From Parcubacteria group bacterium (lineage in GTDB: Bacteria > Patescibacteriota > Minisyncoccia > JACPHC01), in contig JACPHC010000002.1 of assembly GCA_016188775.1 (NCBI GenBank), forward strand, positions 1 through 60,124: 60,124 nucleotides of DNA. Reading direction: 5' to 3'. Positions within the stretch are counted from its first letter, which is position 1, and every line of letters starts with the position of its first letter. Position numbers and translations under genes: made by a program. Shown here piece after piece: positions 55,875-60,124 of this stretch. Below the pieces are notes generated by a model. That model did not search any database, was not told the DNA's origin, and was given only the letters and a program-made list of their open reading frames with translations.

Positions 55875-55931
55875 AAAAACGGGTGGATATAATATTCCAC
55901 CCGATACCGCGCCACCCTGCGGGTGGCGCGG
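55875..55931 (-). terminator. Tandem hairpins after the HtrA-like gene
   Basis: CGCGCCACCC-tgc-GGGTGGCGCG and GGGTGGATATAATATTCCACCC, followed by a T-run on the minus strand. Confidence 0.55.
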
Positions 55932-55936
55932 ATGCG

Positions 55937-56953
55937 TTATTTTTCTTCTTCCGAATTATCTTCTAATTCCTCTTCTTTTTCTAACAACGTTGCTTCAATC
56001 GTCAAAGATTGTCCTTCGCGAACAATATCAATGTTAATTTCAGAATTCGGCTTATAACTGCCAATCACTTTGGCTAATTGCCGAACAGTTTTTATATCAA
56101 CATCATTAACTCTCAAAATAATATCTCCGATTTTAATTCCAGCTTTTTGGGCCGCCTGATTTTCTATGAGATCGCTGACTAAAACTCCTATATTTCCATC
56201 CCATTGAAAATTAAAAGCTTTAGCTAGCCTATCATCAAGCGGCTGAACAGTAACTCCCAAAAATCCGCGCGCGACTCGGCCGTTCATAATAAGCTCGATG
56301 AAAATTTCTTGGATCATATCGGCCGGAATGGCAAAACCGATATTTTGAGCGCCTAAAAATACAGCAGAATTAATACCTATTACTTCCCCCTTAATATTAA
56401 AAAGCGGGCCGCCGGAATTGCCCGGGTTAAAGGCCGCGTCAGTTTGAATAAAATCTTCCAATCTGTTTAAAAATACCGTATCCCGATGCAGACCGGATAC
56501 AATTCCCAAAGTCACAGACCACTGAAAATCCAAAGGCATGCCTATGGCTATGGCTAAATCCCCAACTTTCACTGATTCGGAATTTGCCAAAACAGCGTAG
56601 GGCAGGTTATCAGCTTCAATTTTCAAAAGCGCGATATCCGTGCCTGCATCTTTACCGACTATAAAAGCTATAAAATGTTTTTGGTCATAAGCGATTACTT
56701 CCCTGTGTAAAGCTTTGCCGACAACATGAGCGTTGGTGAGAATATAACCATCCGGAGTAATAATTATTCCGGAGCCGAAACCGTCTATTTTTTCAAACGG
56801 CGCCGGTTGCACTTTCACGACACTCTGCTTGGCGTTATCAACCAAACCCGTTAATTCACTTTGAAAATCTTCAAGAACTCCAGCTTTCGCGACGTTGGTA
56901 AAAGCCAAAACAAACAAAAATAAAAACAAATTTATTTGCCATTTTCTTTTCAT
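55937..56953 (-). CDS. HtrA-family serine protease with PDZ domain (second active copy)
   Basis: TNAHV, DIALLKI and GNSGGPLFNIKGEVIGINSA motifs, with a signal peptide. Confidence 0.85.
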   Translation of the reverse strand: MKRKWQINLFLFLFVLAFTNVAKAGVLEDFQSELTGLVDNAKQSVVKVQPAPFEKIDGFGSGIIITPDGYILTNAHVVGKALHREVIAYDQKHFIAFIVGKDAGTDIALLKIEADNLPYAVLANSESVKVGDLAIAIGMPLDFQWSVTLGIVSGLHRDTVFLNRLEDFIQTDAAFNPGNSGGPLFNIKGEVIGINSAVFLGAQNIGFAIPADMIQEIFIELIMNGRVARGFLGVTVQPLDDRLAKAFNFQWDGNIGVLVSDLIENQAAQKAGIKIGDIILRVNDVDIKTVRQLAKVIGSYKPNSEINIDIVREGQSLTIEATLLEKEEELEDNSEEEK

Positions 56954-57046
56954 GGCCGCTCCTTTACCAAAATTGTTAAGTTGCTAAATCTAAATATCAG
57001 CCTAAAACAAATATTTTAAATATGCAAATTTTTACGTATCAAAAAA

Positions 57047-57982
57047 TCATTCCAAGTATCTCACCTCTTCTTCGATATCAAAGTCAAATCTATCCTTGAC
57101 TTTTTTTTTCAAAATGTCAGCCAATTTTTTAACGTCCCGAGCCTTGCCTTGACCGGCATTATAAATTAAATTAGCGTGATGATCGGCGACGCGAATGTCG
57201 CCTATTTTCATTCCTTTAGCGCCCGCCTCTTCCAAAAGATATCCAGCCGCTACTTTATTAAAAACAATTTTTACCGGGTCAATTTTTTTAATAAAATTTT
57301 CGCAAACTTCCGGCCTTAAATCGAAAAGAGCGATATTTTTAAAAAAACTTCCCGGACACAAAAATTCCGGCCAATATTTTTCCTCTCTGATTCTAACAAT
57401 ATTTTTTGAAACTTTTTTCAGCTCCGCCGAGCTGTCTTTTTGGAATTTGAAAGCCGCGCCCAAAATAATCCAATTTTTCTTTTTGAAAATTGAATCGCGG
57501 TAGCCAAATTGACATTCATTTTTTGAAAGCCAAAAAACCCTGTTTTGCCGAGGATCAAAAATTTCCGCCTTGACTAAATGGTTGGAAATTTCCTGGCCGT
57601 AAGCGCCGGCATTGCCGTAAATCGCTCCACCGATGGTTCCGGGAATTCCGGCCATTTTTTCCAATCCGGCCAGTTCTAAATTATTTAGTTTTTTGATAGA
57701 TTCAAAAAGATTATTGCCGGCGCCGACATAAACCCGCTCTCTATCGACTTTAAAATTTTGAGCCGCAACGCGAATAAGAAGGCCATCAAAGCCATTATCA
57801 GAGGCGATAATATTGGATCCTCCTCCAATGGCCGTCCATTTAATTTGACGCGATTTTGCCCATTCCAGCGCGTTCCGGAGGTCTTCCAAAGTAGCGATAC
57901 TCGCGAAATAACGGGTCGGACCGCCGATTTTTATCGCGGTCAGGTGTTTTATGGCTACATCTTTTTTAGGTTTAAAATTCAT
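57047..57982 (-). CDS. murB: UDP-N-acetylenolpyruvoylglucosamine reductase
   Basis: FAD-binding IKIGGPTRYF...AIGGGSNI, and a C-terminus with GSFFKN. Confidence 0.9.
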   Translation of the reverse strand: MNFKPKKDVAIKHLTAIKIGGPTRYFASIATLEDLRNALEWAKSRQIKWTAIGGGSNIIASDNGFDGLLIRVAAQNFKVDRERVYVGAGNNLFESIKKLNNLELAGLEKMAGIPGTIGGAIYGNAGAYGQEISNHLVKAEIFDPRQNRVFWLSKNECQFGYRDSIFKKKNWIILGAAFKFQKDSSAELKKVSKNIVRIREEKYWPEFLCPGSFFKNIALFDLRPEVCENFIKKIDPVKIVFNKVAAGYLLEEAGAKGMKIGDIRVADHHANLIYNAGQGKARDVKKLADILKKKVKDRFDFDIEEEVRYLE

Positions 57983-57990
57983 AATATTTT

Positions 57991-58842
57991 TTAACTCTCC
58001 GATAAAAATTTTATAAATTTATCAACCAGAGTTTCTTCCGGCGGCTGAATTTTTGTTTTCCGGAACATTTCCGGCAAAATTTTTTCAGTAGCGGCGCGAC
58101 CAGCCCAAGCCGCTTCTTTAATGGCTCGAAAATCCATCCAGCCGACTTTAAAAACATTCGGCGATATGATAGCATCGGCGATTTCCATTTTTGGTTTTAC
58201 CACTTTATGATTCAAGGCTGAAAGCGCGCCGTAAAAAACCGAAGCCATAGAAAGTTTTTCCAAAGGAAGTTTCGGATTTTCAAAATAAGAAGTCGTCAAT
58301 TCCACTCCAATGATGAAATTGGCGCCCATTTTTTTTACCACGTCAGTGGGTAAAGGATTGGAAAAATCTCCATCGACTAAAATCATTCCTTCATATTCCA
58401 CCGGCTTAAAAATAACGGGGATCGAAATGCTTGATCGGATCGCTTTTATCGCGTCGCCCTTTGAAAAATTCACTTCTTTGCCGCTAGTCAAATCAGTGGC
58501 AATGGCGGTAAATGGAATTTTAAAATCCTCTATCTTTTTTTTAGCAATGACTTTTGAAAGAAAATCTTCGACCCGATCGCCGCTGATAAAACCGGACTCG
58601 CCCCGTTTTATGTCAAAAAGTTTTATCATCTGCCTTGTATTCACGTCATAAGCCAGTTCTTTGACGGCCCGAATATCGCCGCTCGCGGCATAAAGGCCGC
58701 CGATCAGAGCGCCCATGCTCGAACCGGCGATAAAATCAATCGGAATTCCATTTTCCTCCAAAGTTTCAATAACGCCAATGTGGGCAAGACCTCTTGCCGC
58801 ACCGCCGGACAAAGCCAAACCGATTTTGAGAGTTTTCTCCAT
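57991..58842 (-). CDS. Patatin-like phospholipase
   Basis: GLALSGGAARGLAHIGV, GSSMGA (GxSxG) and DGDF. Confidence 0.85.
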   Translation of the reverse strand: MEKTLKIGLALSGGAARGLAHIGVIETLEENGIPIDFIAGSSMGALIGGLYAASGDIRAVKELAYDVNTRQMIKLFDIKRGESGFISGDRVEDFLSKVIAKKKIEDFKIPFTAIATDLTSGKEVNFSKGDAIKAIRSSISIPVIFKPVEYEGMILVDGDFSNPLPTDVVKKMGANFIIGVELTTSYFENPKLPLEKLSMASVFYGALSALNHKVVKPKMEIADAIISPNVFKVGWMDFRAIKEAAWAGRAATEKILPEMFRKTKIQPPEETLVDKFIKFLSES

Positions 58843-58913
58843 AATTAATTTATACCATACTCTTTAAAAACAAAAAACCCTTATTTCTAAGGGTTTTTTG
58901 AAATTATTTAGTT

Positions 58914-59144
58914 TTATTTCTTGGCTTTTTTAAAAAGATGGAAAACCGTTTCGGACATCTGGGCTCCTTTAGAGGCCCAATACTCCACGCGCTCTTTTTT
59001 AAAATTCAAAACATTTTGCGCCGGATTATAAAAACCGAGCTCTTCAATATATTTGCCCTTAACCTTATTTTTTTCTTCAGTCAAAACAACCCGAAAATTC
59101 GGCTGTTTTTTCTTTCCCACTCTTCTTAAGCGAATTTTTAGCAT
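58914..59144 (-). CDS. rpsP: 30S ribosomal protein S16
   Basis: MLKIRLRRVGKKKQPNFRVV...LGFYNP. Confidence 0.9.
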   Translation of the reverse strand: MLKIRLRRVGKKKQPNFRVVLTEEKNKVKGKYIEELGFYNPAQNVLNFKKERVEYWASKGAQMSETVFHLFKKAKK

Positions 59145-59197
59145 GATAAAAATATAGCGAATTTTTTTGAAAGAGTCAAATGAATAATGCGATAGGG

Positions 59198-59372
59198 ATA
59201 AAAGAAAACTCGAAGTTAGCGAGTTTTGCTCATTACTACGTATCCGTATTTCGTACGGGATTGACCATATCTTGGCGCCGACGAGGACCGGCAGTGAGCC
59301 TCAAGAGCTTCGCGCCGTTTTATCCCGACGTAACGCCAAGATTCCCCGCCAGCGCCAAAATATCGTCATCTT
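59198..59372 (-). ncRNA. Candidate approx 175-nt structured RNA or leader upstream of rpsP (class unknown)
   Basis: Minus-strand promoter TTGTAA (59407-59402), 17-nt spacer, TATGAT (59384-59379). GC-rich body with a 9-bp stem AUCUUGGCG/CGCCAAGAU. Terminator AAAACTCG-ctaact-TCGAGTTTTCTTTT at 59227-59196. Confidence 0.25.
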
Positions 59373-59504
59373 TATGAAATCATATGACTATTACGCCTGT
59401 TTTACAAAAAAAAACGGACCGCGAAAATAATCGCTGCATATAAAATGGATATGCGCAAAAACGAAAAAATAGACAAAGCTTGCGCGTCGTGCTAAAATAA
59501 CTAT

Positions 59505-59903
59505 ATGCAAAAATTTTTTAAGAAATTGATAACGATACTAGCTCCAGTTTTAGGAGCCGGAGCAATTGGCGTCTGCCCGCTCTGCTGGATTGGCTCTGCC
59601 TCGCTTCTTACTTATCTTGGATTAGGAGCTTTAATACCAGTATGGCGGTGGATCGCTTTCGGATTTATTGCGCTTGGCGCTGTAGGATTTATTCTTGATT
59701 ATCGAGCGCACGAGAACCCAAAGCCACTTGTACTTCTCGCTCTTGGATCAATTCTTCTATATGTTGGGCGATATATATTTGCAAGCGCTTGGGGCGCATG
59801 GTGGATTTGGGGACCCGGCGCGGCATTGATTATTATCTCAGTTTTCTACAATAAGTCGTTATTTAGAAAACAAACTGGATCAAAACTGATTCATAATCCC
59901 TGA
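59505..59903 (+). CDS. Four-TM membrane protein with CPLC motif
   Basis: 132 aa. ...GAIGVCPLCWIGSASLL... in the first helix. Confidence 0.5.
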   Translation: MQKFFKKLITILAPVLGAGAIGVCPLCWIGSASLLTYLGLGALIPVWRWIAFGFIALGAVGFILDYRAHENPKPLVLLALGSILLYVGRYIFASAWGAWWIWGPGAALIIISVFYNKSLFRKQTGSKLIHNP

Positions 59904-60124
59904 AACCTCATTTGGATATTGCTGATTTACGTTTCCGTTACAACTCTGCGATTTTTGAAGCGTAGCTTTGACGCCATAGTAGCCGGCCGTTTCTGGATTG
60001 AACCAGCAAAGGTTCGCGCCGACAATCTCAATCGCTTTCTCCACGCTCTCAAAATCCACCCGGCAGGAAGCCTAGCCGTCGCGCTAGGCTTTTCTTTCTC
60101 CTACGCCCCATGACACTTCTTATA

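Noticed and set aside
59198-59372. Assignment of the rpsP-upstream structured region to SRP RNA, 6S RNA or a guanidine-III (ykkC-III)-like riboswitch on the plus strand (GCCGACGAGGACCGGCAG...CAAGAGC)
   Set aside because: There is no GGAA-capped helix 8 or AGCA/GGCA loops for SRP. The guanidine-III resemblance lacks the intervening stem. The terminator orientation and the downstream gene do not fit.

Overview
AT-rich, mostly minus-strand-coded chromosome segment that looks like a Patescibacteria/CPR genome: SD-poor gene starts, an intron-bearing 16S rRNA, type IV pilus-like genes and many small toxin-antitoxin pairs. All calls are by-eye reading of the sequence and ORF translations; no searches were run. 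Layout: (1) 1-14213 is prophage/integrative-element DNA. It holds the tail of one large serine recombinase, a frameshifted XRE-Panacea/RelE-like module, a four-gene Type III R-M operon, small and large terminase, and a second complete large serine recombinase. This element abuts an rpoD gene that ends prematurely, before sigma region 4.2. (2) 14214-34590 is core genome: the rpoD-dnaG operon, two RelE/ParE cassettes, a GIGTT-repeat surface protein, a pilus assembly/pseudopilin cluster, a two-component system, SOD, glycosidases and others. (3) 34595-44089 is a mosaic island next to tRNA-Ala. It contains a GC-rich diversity-generating retroelement (target VR, TR, Avd, reverse transcriptase) that looks decayed. 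The RT is cut off by an inserted defence block: a T5orf172-helicase, an Eco57I-type methyltransferase, a methyltransferase-like ORF and AbiEi/AbiEii. A recombinase remnant follows. (4) 44090-47650 holds tRNA-Ala, a tRNA scar, tRNA-Ile, a spacer ORF, and a 16S rRNA with a 1045-nt group I intron encoding a LAGLIDADG endonuclease. The 16S 3' tail lacks CCUCC. (5) 47861-60124 is housekeeping: trmD, a KH protein, clpB, three HtrA-family genes, a cysteine desulfurase, bcp, murB, a patatin-like protein and rpsP. Intergenic regions carry several families of palindromic/MITE-like repeats. The findings most worth follow-up are the DGR and its disruption, the recombinase element interrupting rpoD, and the non-canonical anti-SD.
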